A DNA stretch of 64,000 nucleotides from Verrucomicrobiia bacterium (GTDB taxonomy: Bacteria; Acidobacteriota; Polarisedimenticolia; Gp22-AA2), in the NCBI GenBank assembly GCA_035638075.1, contig DASRAU010000046.1, positions 101,283 to 165,282 on the forward strand, in the 5' to 3' direction. Within the stretch, counting starts at the first letter, position 1, and every line of letters starts with the position of its first letter. Shown piece by piece: positions 1 through 8,893 of the stretch. Under the pieces are notes generated by a model that was not told where the DNA came from, searched no databases, and was given only the letters and a program-made list of their open reading frames with translations. The translations under genes were made by a program, and so were the position numbers.

Positions 1-204
1 GCCGCGCTGCCGCACCTCGCGGCGGCGGCGCGCCTCCGTCCCGCGGACGTCCGCTATGCCTACGTGCATGCGGTCGCCCTGCACGACAGCGGCGACCGGG
101 CGGGCGCGCTGCGGATTCTCGAGCGCGCGCTGGCGATCCGCCCCGCCGACGCCGACGTTCTCGAGGCGCTGGCCGCCTACAGCCGCGAGGGCGGGCCTCG
201 ATGA
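1..204 (+). CDS. C-terminal fragment of a TPR-repeat protein; the 5' end lies outside the window
   Basis: Frame 1 is open from position 1 to TGA at 202-204. The translation AALPHL..ALRILERALAIRPADADVLEALAAYSREG has the Ala/Leu-rich helical periodicity typical of TPR repeats. Confidence 0.35.
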   Translation, partial: AALPHLAAAARLRPADVRYAYVHAVALHDSGDRAGALRILERALAIRPADADVLEALAAYSREGGPR

Positions 205-280
205 CGATTCCGTCACCGGCGGTCCGTATCCTTATTAGTGGCGCGCGCGCCGGGCCGGGGATGCTATCCTCCGCCCTCGC

Positions 281-958
281 GTGGCCGGCTCGCGTTCTCC
301 CTCCTGGGTCGAGCGTCACCTCGATCCCGGCGAGCGCCTCGGCGAGATCCTCTTCGGTCTCGTCATGGTGCTCACCTTCACCCTGACCGCCGGCCTCTCG
401 GTCACCGAGGGGCGCGAAGGGGTGCGGGCGCTGCTCACCTCCGCCATCGGCTGCAACATCGCCTGGGGGATCATCGACGGCGTCTTCCATGTCATGGGAG
501 GGCTCTTCCATCGCGGCCGGCGGGTGCGCATCGCGCGCGCCATCCGCTCGTCCGCGGACGAGAAGGCCGCGGAGGCGCTGGTCGCCTCCGAGCTCGAGCC
601 GACGCTCGAGGAGGTCGCCTCCCCCGAGGAGCGGCGCCGTCTCTACCGCGACATCGTGCAGGTGGTGCGGCGCAGCGCGCCCGCCAGGGTCGGCATCACG
701 CGGGACGATCTCTGGGGCGCGCTGGCGAGCTTCTGGCTGGTGGTCCTCTCCACCATCCCGGCCGCGCTCCCGTTCCTCGTGTTTCGCGAGGAGACGCGCT
801 TCGCGCTGCGGGTCTCGAACGGGCTGCTCATCGCGCTGATCTTCCTCGTCGGCTTCCGCTGGGCGCGCTACACGGGCGGATCCGGCTGGCGCACCGGCGC
901 GGCCCTGGCGGCGATGGGGATCGCGCTCGTGGCTGTCGCCTTTGCCCTCGGCGGCTGA
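281..958 (+). CDS. VIT1/CCC1-family (iron/manganese transporter-like) integral membrane protein; GTG start
   Basis: 225-aa ORF with 5 predicted TM segments. It has an acidic cytoplasmic loop (EEVASPEERRRLYRDIV) and a C-terminal LVGFRWARYTGGSGWRTG..GIALVAVAFALGG motif arrangement like VIT-family proteins. First codon at 281 is GTG. Confidence 0.5.
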   Translation: MAGSRSPSWVERHLDPGERLGEILFGLVMVLTFTLTAGLSVTEGREGVRALLTSAIGCNIAWGIIDGVFHVMGGLFHRGRRVRIARAIRSSADEKAAEALVASELEPTLEEVASPEERRRLYRDIVQVVRRSAPARVGITRDDLWGALASFWLVVLSTIPAALPFLVFREETRFALRVSNGLLIALIFLVGFRWARYTGGSGWRTGAALAAMGIALVAVAFALGG

Positions 959-969
959 CGGCGCGGCCG

Positions 970-2058
970 CTACGGGGCCGCGGTCGGCACGAGGTAGCAG
1001 ACCGCGGCGAGCATGATGTACACCGCCAGCAGCTGGACCCCTTTGAACCAGTTCGAGCGTCCGTCCCCGGCGACGAGGGCTCCCAGCAGGACGGAGATGA
1101 ACAGGCACCCCATCTCCCCCTGGTTGAACGACAGCGTGAACGGCCTCGGCCCCACCAGCCCGCCGACGAGCACCAGAAGCGGCCCGACGAAAAGCGCGAT
1201 CTGGATGCACGAGCCGAGAGCGATGCCGACCGAGAGATCCATCTTGTTCTTGCGCCCCATGGCGATGGCGGAGCCGATCTCGGCCGCGCCTCCGACCGAC
1301 GCGAGCAGGATCAGGCCGATGAAGGTCGGCGACATGCCAAGCGACTTCCCCGTCTCCTCCGCAGCGCCAACCAGCACCTCGCTGAGCCAGGCGGCTCCGG
1401 CGGACGCGGCGATCAGCGTCGCGGCAGCCCGCGCCGGGCTCCAGCGCGGGCCGTGCCCCTCGTCCGCGTCCCCGGCGCCGGCGGCCCCCGGGACGGGGAC
1501 CTCCTCGGCGAACGCCTCCTTGTGCGTGCGCAGCTGGTAGACGAGATAGAGCCCGTAGGTCAGCAGCAGGACGATCGCGACGCTCTTGTCGAGCGCCTCG
1601 CCGTGCAGGAATCCCTGCTCGACGCCGAAGAAGCGGTGGAAAGCGCTCGGGATCGCCATGCTGATCACCGCCAGGAGCATCATCGAGGCATAAGCGCGCG
1701 CCGCCGCCGGGTTGTAGTCCTGCACGTGGAAGAGCAGGCCCCCGAGCAGGAAGGAGAACCCGAGTCCCAGGAGGAGATTGGCCAGGAGCGCCCCGACGAG
1801 CGAGGCGCGCACCATCTCGAGGAGCCCGGCGCGCAGCGCCACGAAGGCGATGATGAGTTCCGGCAGGTTCCCGAACGTCGCGTTGAGCAGGCCGCCGATG
1901 GCGGGGCCGGTGACATGGGCGATCGATTCGGTCCCCGCGACGATGAGCGAGGCGATCGGGACGATGGCGATGGCGGCGCAGAAGAAGATCGCCGGCGCCG
2001 GGGCGCCCGCGTGCTCGAGAACGATCGCCAGCGGTGCGAACAGCAGCAACCAGAGCAT
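970..2058 (-). CDS. Ca2+/H+ antiporter (CaCA family, ChaA/CAX-like)
   Basis: 362 aa with two alpha-repeat motifs (GNLPELIIAFVALRAGLLEMV and GGAAEIGSAIAMGRK). ATG at 2058 is preceded by a GGGGAGGTGAGG RBS. Confidence 0.8.
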   Translation of the reverse strand: MLWLLLFAPLAIVLEHAGAPAPAIFFCAAIAIVPIASLIVAGTESIAHVTGPAIGGLLNATFGNLPELIIAFVALRAGLLEMVRASLVGALLANLLLGLGFSFLLGGLLFHVQDYNPAAARAYASMMLLAVISMAIPSAFHRFFGVEQGFLHGEALDKSVAIVLLLTYGLYLVYQLRTHKEAFAEEVPVPGAAGAGDADEGHGPRWSPARAAATLIAASAGAAWLSEVLVGAAEETGKSLGMSPTFIGLILLASVGGAAEIGSAIAMGRKNKMDLSVGIALGSCIQIALFVGPLLVLVGGLVGPRPFTLSFNQGEMGCLFISVLLGALVAGDGRSNWFKGVQLLAVYIMLAAVCYLVPTAAP

Positions 2059-2062
2059 CGCC

Positions 2063-2977
2063 TCACCTCCCCTGGAGACCGCCGCCCCAGCGATGCTGCC
2101 ACCCGAGGCCGGTCAGGAGAAAATCGTCCCCCACCCGCGTGGACACCCCGTTGCTGACGTAGAACTTGAGCGAATTGCGCCGGTCGATCGGGAACGCCGC
2201 CGTGAGGCCGGCGCGCCAGTTGCGCTGCAGGTCGTCGCTCACGACCCCGTCCACCGTGGAGCGGCCGCCGGTGTACCAGGTGGCGTCGAAGGCGGTCCAG
2301 ATGTTGCGCGGGAAGAGATAGATGACGTGGCCCTGGGCCGAGTAGATCGGGTCCTGCGAGCGGTGCTGCCCCCCGAAGAAGTCGTCGTTGTCGGTGTAGA
2401 CATTGACCGCCCCGGTTCCCTCGAGAATCCAGTGACCGAGCGCCTTCGACAACCCGAATTCCGGCTTGAACGCCCAGCGGTTCGTCCCGAGGTTGACGAG
2501 ACGATCCGGGTCGTACTGCCCGAGCGGCGCGCTGACCTGCAGGCTCACGCCAACGACGAGGTCCTGGTGGTAGTCGCGGAACTCCGGCAGTCTCAATGCC
2601 GGCGCGCCGTGCAGGTTGATCGCGAAGCGCACCGCCGGATCGCCGAAGCCGTTCACGTCGCGCGTGCGGAACTCCCCGGTCGCCTCCAGCGTCGCCTCCC
2701 CCGACAGCCACGCATAGGCGACCAGCCCCTGAACCTGCGCCGAACGCCCGGCGACCGCGATCGAGCGGGAATACGCGACGAACGTCGATTGCACGGTGAG
2801 CGAGGCGTCGTTCAGCGGGACGGAGGGATCCAGCAGCACGCCGCCGGTGGAACGGGCGTACCCGCCGATGAGGAAGTTCACGCCGATCGGCGCGTTCGAG
2901 AAAAGACGCGGCTCGATCGACTGCCCGCACGCCGGCAGCGGGCTTCCGAAGACGATCGCCAGCGCGGCCAGGAGCAT
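2063..2977 (-). CDS. Outer-membrane transport protein, MetA-pathway-of-phenol-degradation-like family (putative)
   Basis: Internal ATG at codon 224 of track ORF 2063..3646 gives a 304-aa protein with signal peptide MLLAALAIVFGSPLPACG. It is beta-rich with alternating aromatics (NRWAFKPEFGLSK, NVYTDNDDFFGG). The upstream 220 codons of the track ORF are an antisense run-on. Confidence 0.5.
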   Translation of the reverse strand: MLLAALAIVFGSPLPACGQSIEPRLFSNAPIGVNFLIGGYARSTGGVLLDPSVPLNDASLTVQSTFVAYSRSIAVAGRSAQVQGLVAYAWLSGEATLEATGEFRTRDVNGFGDPAVRFAINLHGAPALRLPEFRDYHQDLVVGVSLQVSAPLGQYDPDRLVNLGTNRWAFKPEFGLSKALGHWILEGTGAVNVYTDNDDFFGGQHRSQDPIYSAQGHVIYLFPRNIWTAFDATWYTGGRSTVDGVVSDDLQRNWRAGLTAAFPIDRRNSLKFYVSNGVSTRVGDDFLLTGLGWQHRWGGGLQGR

Positions 2978-3004
2978 GGGGGCGCGTGGTACCCTCCCGC
3001 TCCG

Positions 3005-3637
3005 ATGATCCGGGTGCATACGGCGGCGGCCGCGGTCCTGCTTGGTCTCGCGCTTGCGACCTTCCCGGCTCTGGCCGCCGGCGAGCCACCGGCCTCCTCC
3101 TGGGAGACCACCCTGACCGGCAACGGCTATCTCTTCCCGGGCGAAGGGGATTTCCTGCTCGGCATCGCGGCCGCCGATCACGGGCCGCTCCATCTCGAGG
3201 GCCGCTTCAACTACGAGGACCGCGACACCGTCTCGTTCTTCGGCGGCTGGAACTGGTCCACCGGCAAGACGGTCGAGCTGACCGTGACGCCGATGCTCGG
3301 CGCGGCCGCCGGTGACACGGACGCGGTGATGCCCGGCCTCGAGCTGAGCCTCGCGTGGAAGCAGCTCGACTACTACTTCGAAGGGGAAGTCCTGTTCGAC
3401 CTGCACGACCACGCCGACGACTTCGTCTACGGGTGGAGCGAGCTGGGCTGGACCCCTTACGACTGGCTGCGGGTCGGCTTCGTCGGCCAGCGGACGCGCG
3501 TCTACGACACCGGGCTCGACATCCAGCGCGGCCTGCTCTTCCAGGGCCTCGCCGGGGGCTGGTCCTTCGGGGTGGACTGGTTCAACCCGCGAAGCGACGA
3601 CGAGTTCACCGTGGCGGTCCTCGAGGTCACCTTCTGA
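3005..3637 (+). CDS. Secreted beta-rich protein ending in Phe, putative small outer-membrane beta-barrel
   Basis: Real C-terminal part of track ORF 1778..3637; ATG at 3005 verified. Signal peptide MIRVHTAAAAVLLGLALATFPALAAGE, alternating aromatic/hydrophobic pattern, C-terminal ...VAVLEVTF. Confidence 0.55.
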   Translation: MIRVHTAAAAVLLGLALATFPALAAGEPPASSWETTLTGNGYLFPGEGDFLLGIAAADHGPLHLEGRFNYEDRDTVSFFGGWNWSTGKTVELTVTPMLGAAAGDTDAVMPGLELSLAWKQLDYYFEGEVLFDLHDHADDFVYGWSELGWTPYDWLRVGFVGQRTRVYDTGLDIQRGLLFQGLAGGWSFGVDWFNPRSDDEFTVAVLEVTF

Positions 3638-3669
3638 CGCCCTCATGGCCGCGCTACCGTGCCGCGCTC

Positions 3670-4509
3670 GCGCTCGCGGTGCGCCGCTGGATCGACGCGC
3701 GCACCCCGCTGTTCTCGGCCGCGCTCGCGTTCCAGGCGCTCCTGGCCATCGGGCCCGCGCTGCTCATGCTGCTGGCGGTGGCGGGGCGGTTCCTCGGGCA
3801 GGAGCGGACGCAGCGCAGCCTCTTCGACGCGGCCAACCGCTTCGTCGGGCACGGGGCGGACCAGATGCTGACGGCCCTCCTGCAGTTCATCCAGGCGGGG
3901 CGCCCGCACGTGGTCGGCACCATCGTCGGCGCCGCGCTGTTCGTCTACTCCGCCTCCTCCTTCTTCGCGCGGCTGCGCGACGCCTTCGACGACATCTGGG
4001 GCGTGCACTCGCCGGGATTCGGCCGGGCGGTTTTGGAGCGGCTCCTGTCGATGGCCGAGGCGGTGGTGGCCGCCGCCGCGGCGCTGTTCCTGCTGGCGGC
4101 CGCGGCGCTGCGGACCGTCGTCGGACCCGCGGTGGCGGAATTCGGCTCGGCCGGGGCGATCATGTGGATCGCCTGGACCTACGCCGCCACCTTCATGATG
4201 ACGTTCGGAGGGCTGACGGCGGCGTTCCACTGGATCCCTTCCGCGCGCCCGCGCCCGGGATGGGGGGCGGCCGCGGCCGGGGCGTTGCCGGCGACCATGC
4301 TCCTGAACCTCGCCAGCCACCTGTTCGGCCTCGTCGTCGTGCGCAGCACGATCGCCTCGCTCTACGGCGCCGCCGCGAGCGTCATCATGTTCCTCCTGAG
4401 CGTCTACTACAGTGCCGCGATCGTCCTGTTCGGAGCGGAGGTCTGCCGCGCCTGGGAGCAGGTGGCCGGGACCCCCGCGCCGCGCGGCGCCGAAGCCCCC
4501 GGCATCTGA
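3670..4509 (+). CDS. YihY/BrkB-family inner-membrane protein (start uncertain, GTG 3670 proposed)
   Basis: Frame-1 translation (R)RWIDARTPLFSAALAFQALLAIGPALLMLLAV.. matches the YihY/virulence-factor-BrkB N-terminal pattern, with 6 TM segments. There is no ATG in frame after the upstream stop, so GTG at 3670 is the nearest plausible start. Confidence 0.6.
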   Translation, partial: ALAVRRWIDARTPLFSAALAFQALLAIGPALLMLLAVAGRFLGQERTQRSLFDAANRFVGHGADQMLTALLQFIQAGRPHVVGTIVGAALFVYSASSFFARLRDAFDDIWGVHSPGFGRAVLERLLSMAEAVVAAAAALFLLAAAALRTVVGPAVAEFGSAGAIMWIAWTYAATFMMTFGGLTAAFHWIPSARPRPGWGAAAAGALPATMLLNLASHLFGLVVVRSTIASLYGAAASVIMFLLSVYYSAAIVLFGAEVCRAWEQVAGTPAPRGAEAPGI

Positions 4510-4532
4510 TCGGCGGCCGCGCCCGGCGAAGA

Positions 4533-6131
4533 TCACGGCTCGTACATGAACGACGCCAGGGCGCGGCGGAGGTCACGGGGCCGGCGGGCGCGGGCCAGCC
4601 CCATCGACCAGGCCTTCGCGGCGACGGCGGCGGCTATCGACCGCGAGATCCGGCGGATGTCGCGCAGCGGCGGGTAGAGCGAGCCCGCCTCGAGATCGCG
4701 CGGCCGGACGAGATCCGCGAGCGTGCGCGCCGCCGCCAGGAACAGCTCGTCGGGCAGTCCCTTCGCCTTGCAGAAGATCGCCCCCAGGCCGATCCCCGGG
4801 AAAACGTAGGCGTTGTTCCCCTGCCCCGGGCGACGGGTCTTCCCCCCGAGCGCCACGGGGAGAAACGGGCTGCCGCTGGCGAAGACGGCACGCCCCCCGC
4901 TCCACTCGTACGCCTGCGCGGCGGTGCACTCCGCCTTCGAGGTGGGATTCGAGAGCGCGAAGACGAGCGGCTGCTCGTTGTGCCGGGCCATCCGCTCGAT
5001 CGCCTCGCGGGTGAAGGTTCCCGGCGACCCGGTGGCGCCGATGAGCACCTGCGGCTTCAGCGCGTCGATCGCCTCGAGGAAGCCCAGCGGCGGGTGCGCG
5101 TGCGCGTAGGGGCGGTTGTGCTCGAGCAGGTCGTCCCGTCCGGCGACCACGAGCCCCTTCACGTCCACGAACCACAGCCTTCGGCGCGCCTCCTCGGGTG
5201 CAAGACCCGCGTCGACGAAGGCCGCCACCATGAGATCGGCGATGCCGGTCGCCGCCGAGCCGGCGCCCAGGAAGAGGATGGTCAGGTCCTCGAAGCGGCG
5301 ACCGGTGACGCGGGTCGAGGCGAGCACGCCCGCCAGGACCACGGCCGCGGTCCCCTGGATGTCGTCGTTGAAGCAGAGGAGACGCTCCCGGTATCGCTTC
5401 AGAAGCGCGTAGGCGTTCGGCGTCAGGAAGTCCTCGAACTGCAGCAGCGCGTCCGGATACCGCGATCGCACCGCGTCGACGAACTCGTCCACGAGCGCGA
5501 AGTACGGACGTGGCTTGATGCGGCGGCGCGGGTAACCGAGGTAGAGGGGATCCTCGAGGAGCGACGCGGTGTCGGTGCCGACGTCGAGCGTCACCGGCAG
5601 GCACGCCTCGGGGGGGATCCCCGCGCAGGCGGTGTAGAGGGCCAGCTTGCCGATCGGGATCCCCATCCCGTTGGCCCCGAGATCGCCGAGGCCGAGGATC
5701 CGCTGGCCGTCGGTCACGACGATCACCCGGATGTCCTTGTCGGGCCAGTTGCCGAGCATGCGGCGGATGCGACCGCGGTCGTCGGGGGTGATGAAGAACC
5801 CCTTCGGCTCGCGCGCGATGTGCGAGAACTCGCGGCACGCCTCCCCCACGGTCGGCGTGTAGATCCACGGCATGACCTCTTCGATGTGGTCGATCAACGT
5901 CCGGTAGAACAGGCGCTCGTTTCTTTCCTGCAGCCCGGACAGGAGCATGTAACGGTCGATGTCCCGCGGCAGGCGGCGCAGGTTCGTCATCACCCGATCG
6001 ACGAGACGCGCCTCGCTCCACACCCGGTGCGGCAGGAGCCCCTGAAGCCCGAGCCGCACCCGCTCGGTGCGCGAGTACGCGATGCCCCGGTTCAGGTGCT
6101 TGTCGCGCAGGATGTCGAACCCCTTCTTCAT
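4533..6131 (-). CDS. maeA: NAD(P)-dependent malic enzyme (malate dehydrogenase, oxaloacetate-decarboxylating)
   Basis: 532 aa from ATG 6131 (verified). Malic-enzyme motifs FNDDIQGTAAVVLAG, LFLGAGSAATGIA and SNPT. The antisense N-terminal 900 codons of track ORF 4533..8831 are rejected. Confidence 0.85.
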   Translation of the reverse strand: MKKGFDILRDKHLNRGIAYSRTERVRLGLQGLLPHRVWSEARLVDRVMTNLRRLPRDIDRYMLLSGLQERNERLFYRTLIDHIEEVMPWIYTPTVGEACREFSHIAREPKGFFITPDDRGRIRRMLGNWPDKDIRVIVVTDGQRILGLGDLGANGMGIPIGKLALYTACAGIPPEACLPVTLDVGTDTASLLEDPLYLGYPRRRIKPRPYFALVDEFVDAVRSRYPDALLQFEDFLTPNAYALLKRYRERLLCFNDDIQGTAAVVLAGVLASTRVTGRRFEDLTILFLGAGSAATGIADLMVAAFVDAGLAPEEARRRLWFVDVKGLVVAGRDDLLEHNRPYAHAHPPLGFLEAIDALKPQVLIGATGSPGTFTREAIERMARHNEQPLVFALSNPTSKAECTAAQAYEWSGGRAVFASGSPFLPVALGGKTRRPGQGNNAYVFPGIGLGAIFCKAKGLPDELFLAAARTLADLVRPRDLEAGSLYPPLRDIRRISRSIAAAVAAKAWSMGLARARRPRDLRRALASFMYEP

Positions 6132-7207
6132 CAGTACTCCTCGAACATCCGCTGGATCTCCTTCGGGTCCTGCGTCTTCGTCATCGCCAGGCGCAGCAGC
6201 ACGCGCGCCTTCTGCGGATTGTGCTCGAGCGAGGCGACGAACCCGAACTTGTCGTCGTCCACCTCGACCTTGCGCCCCACCTCCCCGGTGGCGACGCGCG
6301 AGGAGCGCACGCAGACGATCCCCTTCTTCGCCTGCGCCGCCAGCGCATCGAGCGCCGCCTGCGTCATGTTGCCGTTGCCCACCCCGGCGACGACGATCCC
6401 CTTCGCGCCGGCGGCGACGGCGGCGTCGATCAGCTTCCCGTCCATGTTCTCGTAGGCCATGATGATGTCCACCCGCGGCATCGGCGCAACGTTGCCGGCG
6501 AACTCCGACCCGGTGGTGTTGCGGCCGACCGGGCCGCGGTACCAGTCGATGTCGCCGTAGGCGACGCGGCCGATGAGACCCGACTGCGGCGACAGGAAGG
6601 TCTGCACCGCCGTGGTGCTGGTCTTGGTGAGCGACGACGCGCCGTGGATCCAGTCGTTGACCACGACGAGCACGCCGCGCCCCGCCGCGTCCTTGTTCGC
6701 CGCCACGGCGACCGCGTTGAAGAAGTTCAGCGGCCCGTCCGCCGACAGCGCCGTGGAGGGGCGCATCGCGGCCGTCAGGACGACCGGCTTCTTCGACTTG
6801 ACCACCAGGTTCAGGAAGTACGCGGTCTCCTCGATGGTGTCGGTGCCGTGGGTGATCACCACGCCGTCCACGTCGGACATCGCGGTCAGCTCGTTCACCC
6901 GCTTCGCCAGCTTCATCCAGACGTCGTCGTTCATGTCCTGCGAGCCGATGTTGGAGATCTGCTCGCCGCGCATCTTCGCCAGCTTCTGCGCCTGCGGCAC
7001 GGCGGCGAGGAGCTGCTCCACGCCGACCTGGCCCGACTTGTAGCCGGCCTGCACGTCGCTCGCGGCGGCCCCGGCGATGGTGCCCCCGGTGGCGAGGACG
7101 ACGATCGACGGCAGCGCCGCCTGTCCCGCCGGAGCGGGCGCGGCGGCCGCGAGGACGGCACACGCCAGGGGGACGAACACGGAACGGGACACACGGGAGA
7201 GCGACAT
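6131..7207 (-). CDS. ansB: L-asparaginase type II, periplasmic (signal peptide)
   Basis: 358 aa. Sec signal MSLSRVSRSVFVPLACAVLAAAAPAPAG. Asparaginase motifs VLATGGTIAG and HGTDTIEETAYFL. RBS AGGAGGAA upstream of ATG 7207. Confidence 0.85.
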   Translation of the reverse strand: MSLSRVSRSVFVPLACAVLAAAAPAPAGQAALPSIVVLATGGTIAGAAASDVQAGYKSGQVGVEQLLAAVPQAQKLAKMRGEQISNIGSQDMNDDVWMKLAKRVNELTAMSDVDGVVITHGTDTIEETAYFLNLVVKSKKPVVLTAAMRPSTALSADGPLNFFNAVAVAANKDAAGRGVLVVVNDWIHGASSLTKTSTTAVQTFLSPQSGLIGRVAYGDIDWYRGPVGRNTTGSEFAGNVAPMPRVDIIMAYENMDGKLIDAAVAAGAKGIVVAGVGNGNMTQAALDALAAQAKKGIVCVRSSRVATGEVGRKVEVDDDKFGFVASLEHNPQKARVLLRLAMTKTQDPKEIQRMFEEY

Positions 7208-7216
7208 GGATTCCTC

Positions 7217-8893
7217 CTAACGGGTCAGAAGCACGATGACGGGGCCCCACGCGGTCAGCAGCACGTTGCCGATCGCGTACGGGACCGTGTAGCCGAGCAC
7301 GGGAAGCTTGCTCTGCGCTTCGTCCTGGAGCGAGCGCAGCGCGGCGGTGACCGTGCCGGCGCCGGAGCAGGCGCCGAGCAGGATGACCGGATTCATCTTC
7401 AAGAGGAAGCGGCCCACCAGGATCGCCACCAAGTGCGGCACGACCGCGACCACGAAGCCGACCAGGAGCAGGCTCGGACCGGTCTGCTTCAGCCCGGCGA
7501 CGAAGCCCGGGCCGGCGTTGAGCCCGACGACGCCGATGAAGACGGCGAGGCCGATGGTGTCGAAGACCCACAGCGCCGGCTCGGGGATCCGTCCGAAGGT
7601 CGGGCGCACCGAGCGCAGCCAGCCGAAGAGGAGTCCCATGACGAGAGCACCCCCGCTGGCGGTGAGCATGAGCGGCAGACCGGCGACCTCGATTGACAGC
7701 AGCCCGAAGAGTCCCCCCACGAAGATGCCGAGCCCGACGAAGACGACGTCGGTGGCGCTCGACGGGCGCTCGATGTAGCCGAGGGCTTTCCCGGCCCGCT
7801 CCACGTCGCGCAGCGCTCCCGACAGCCGCAGCAGGTCGCCACGCTCGAGCCGGGTCGAGGCGGAAAACGGGATCTCCTGCCCGCCCCGGACGAGGGACTC
7901 GAGCGCGACCCCGCGTCCGTGCCGCTCGGCCACCTGGCGCATCGTCACGTCGACCAGCTCCCGGTTCGTCAGGACGACGTCGAGAGTCGCCACCGGGAAG
8001 TCGAGCAGGCGCCGATCGTCCACCTCGGTCCCCCCCTCGAGGCCGCCGGCCAGGACACGTCTCCGGGCGGCGATCGCGACCACGTCCCCCTCCGCGAGCT
8101 TCGTCTCCGGGGCCGCGACGAGGAGCTTGCGGCCGCGGCGGATGCGCTCGACGAAGACACGCTCCGGGGCGAACGACTCCTCGAACGCCCGCACCGTCCC
8201 GCCGGCGCGCGAGGCGCCGAGGCGATAGGAGCGCATCGACCACTCGCGGTAGGCCGGCTCCTCCCCCTCTTCCTCCTCGGGGCCGCTCCCCTGGAGCTCC
8301 TGCTGGAGCTTCTTCGCCTCCGCCTTCAGATCGATCCGCAGCAGCCGCGGCGCGAGGCTCGACAGGAACCAGACGACGAACCCGGTGCCGACGAGATACG
8401 AGACGGCATAGGCGATCGGGATGTTGTTGAGCAGGCGCTCGGTCTCGGCGGGGGCCAGTCCCAGCCGGCCGATCGTGTCGCCGGCGGTGCCGATGACCGT
8501 CGACTCGGTGAAAGCCCCCGCCAGGAGCCCGGCGGCGGTGCCGCAGTCGTAGCCGAAGACCTTCGCCGCGATGAGCGTCGCGGCCAGGCTCGTGACGCAC
8601 AGCACGACCGTGACCACGACCTGGGGGATCGCGCCTTTCCCCAGGCCGCGGATGAACTGCGGGCCGACCTTGTATCCCGTGGCGAAGAGGAACAGGTCGA
8701 AGAAGACCACCTTGACCAGCGGGTCCACCGGAATCGCCAGCTGCCCGATGACCACCCCCGCGATGAGGGTGCCGACGACGTTGCCGAGGGTGAAGCCGCC
8801 CAGGCGGAGGCGCCCGAGGACGAACCCGCACGCGAGCGTCAGGAAGATCGCCAGCTCCGGATGCGTCCGCAGCGCGGTCACGACCCAGGTCAT
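7217..8893 (-). CDS. AspT/YidE/YbjL-family (aspartate:alanine exchanger family) transporter with central TrkA-C-like domains
   Basis: 558 aa from ATG 8893 (verified). Two membrane domains flank a cytoplasmic RCK-C-like region, the architecture of the AAE family. The 1005-aa track ORF N-terminus is antisense run-on. Confidence 0.75.
   Translation of the reverse strand: MTWVVTALRTHPELAIFLTLACGFVLGRLRLGGFTLGNVVGTLIAGVVIGQLAIPVDPLVKVVFFDLFLFATGYKVGPQFIRGLGKGAIPQVVVTVVLCVTSLAATLIAAKVFGYDCGTAAGLLAGAFTESTVIGTAGDTIGRLGLAPAETERLLNNIPIAYAVSYLVGTGFVVWFLSSLAPRLLRIDLKAEAKKLQQELQGSGPEEEEGEEPAYREWSMRSYRLGASRAGGTVRAFEESFAPERVFVERIRRGRKLLVAAPETKLAEGDVVAIAARRRVLAGGLEGGTEVDDRRLLDFPVATLDVVLTNRELVDVTMRQVAERHGRGVALESLVRGGQEIPFSASTRLERGDLLRLSGALRDVERAGKALGYIERPSSATDVVFVGLGIFVGGLFGLLSIEVAGLPLMLTASGGALVMGLLFGWLRSVRPTFGRIPEPALWVFDTIGLAVFIGVVGLNAGPGFVAGLKQTGPSLLLVGFVVAVVPHLVAILVGRFLLKMNPVILLGACSGAGTVTAALRSLQDEAQSKLPVLGYTVPYAIGNVLLTAWGPVIVLLTR

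Noticed and set aside
238-2157. 639-aa ORF and other long ORFs (1680-3089 minus, 1778-3005 N-terminal part, 3645-6455, 6221-7696, 9076-10473, 10163-11818, 15288-16838, 18213-20864, 22337-25666, 26019-27182, 26321-28096, 35482-36564, 43254-44291 and similar)
   Set aside because: They lie antisense or out of frame to genes with clear family signatures, and their translations are Arg/Ala/Gly/Pro-rich low-complexity strings typical of open frames in 70% GC DNA. No motifs or signal peptides.
4533-8831. 1432-aa track ORF, and the 1005-aa (7217-10234) and 1725-aa (28817-33994) track ORFs, as single giant proteins
   Set aside because: Only their C-terminal portions are real genes (malic enzyme 4533-6131, AspT-family transporter 7217-8893, CusF-like paralog 28817-29467). 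The N-terminal extensions run antisense through ansB/AspT, the DASS gene and the RND operon respectively, and have junk composition.
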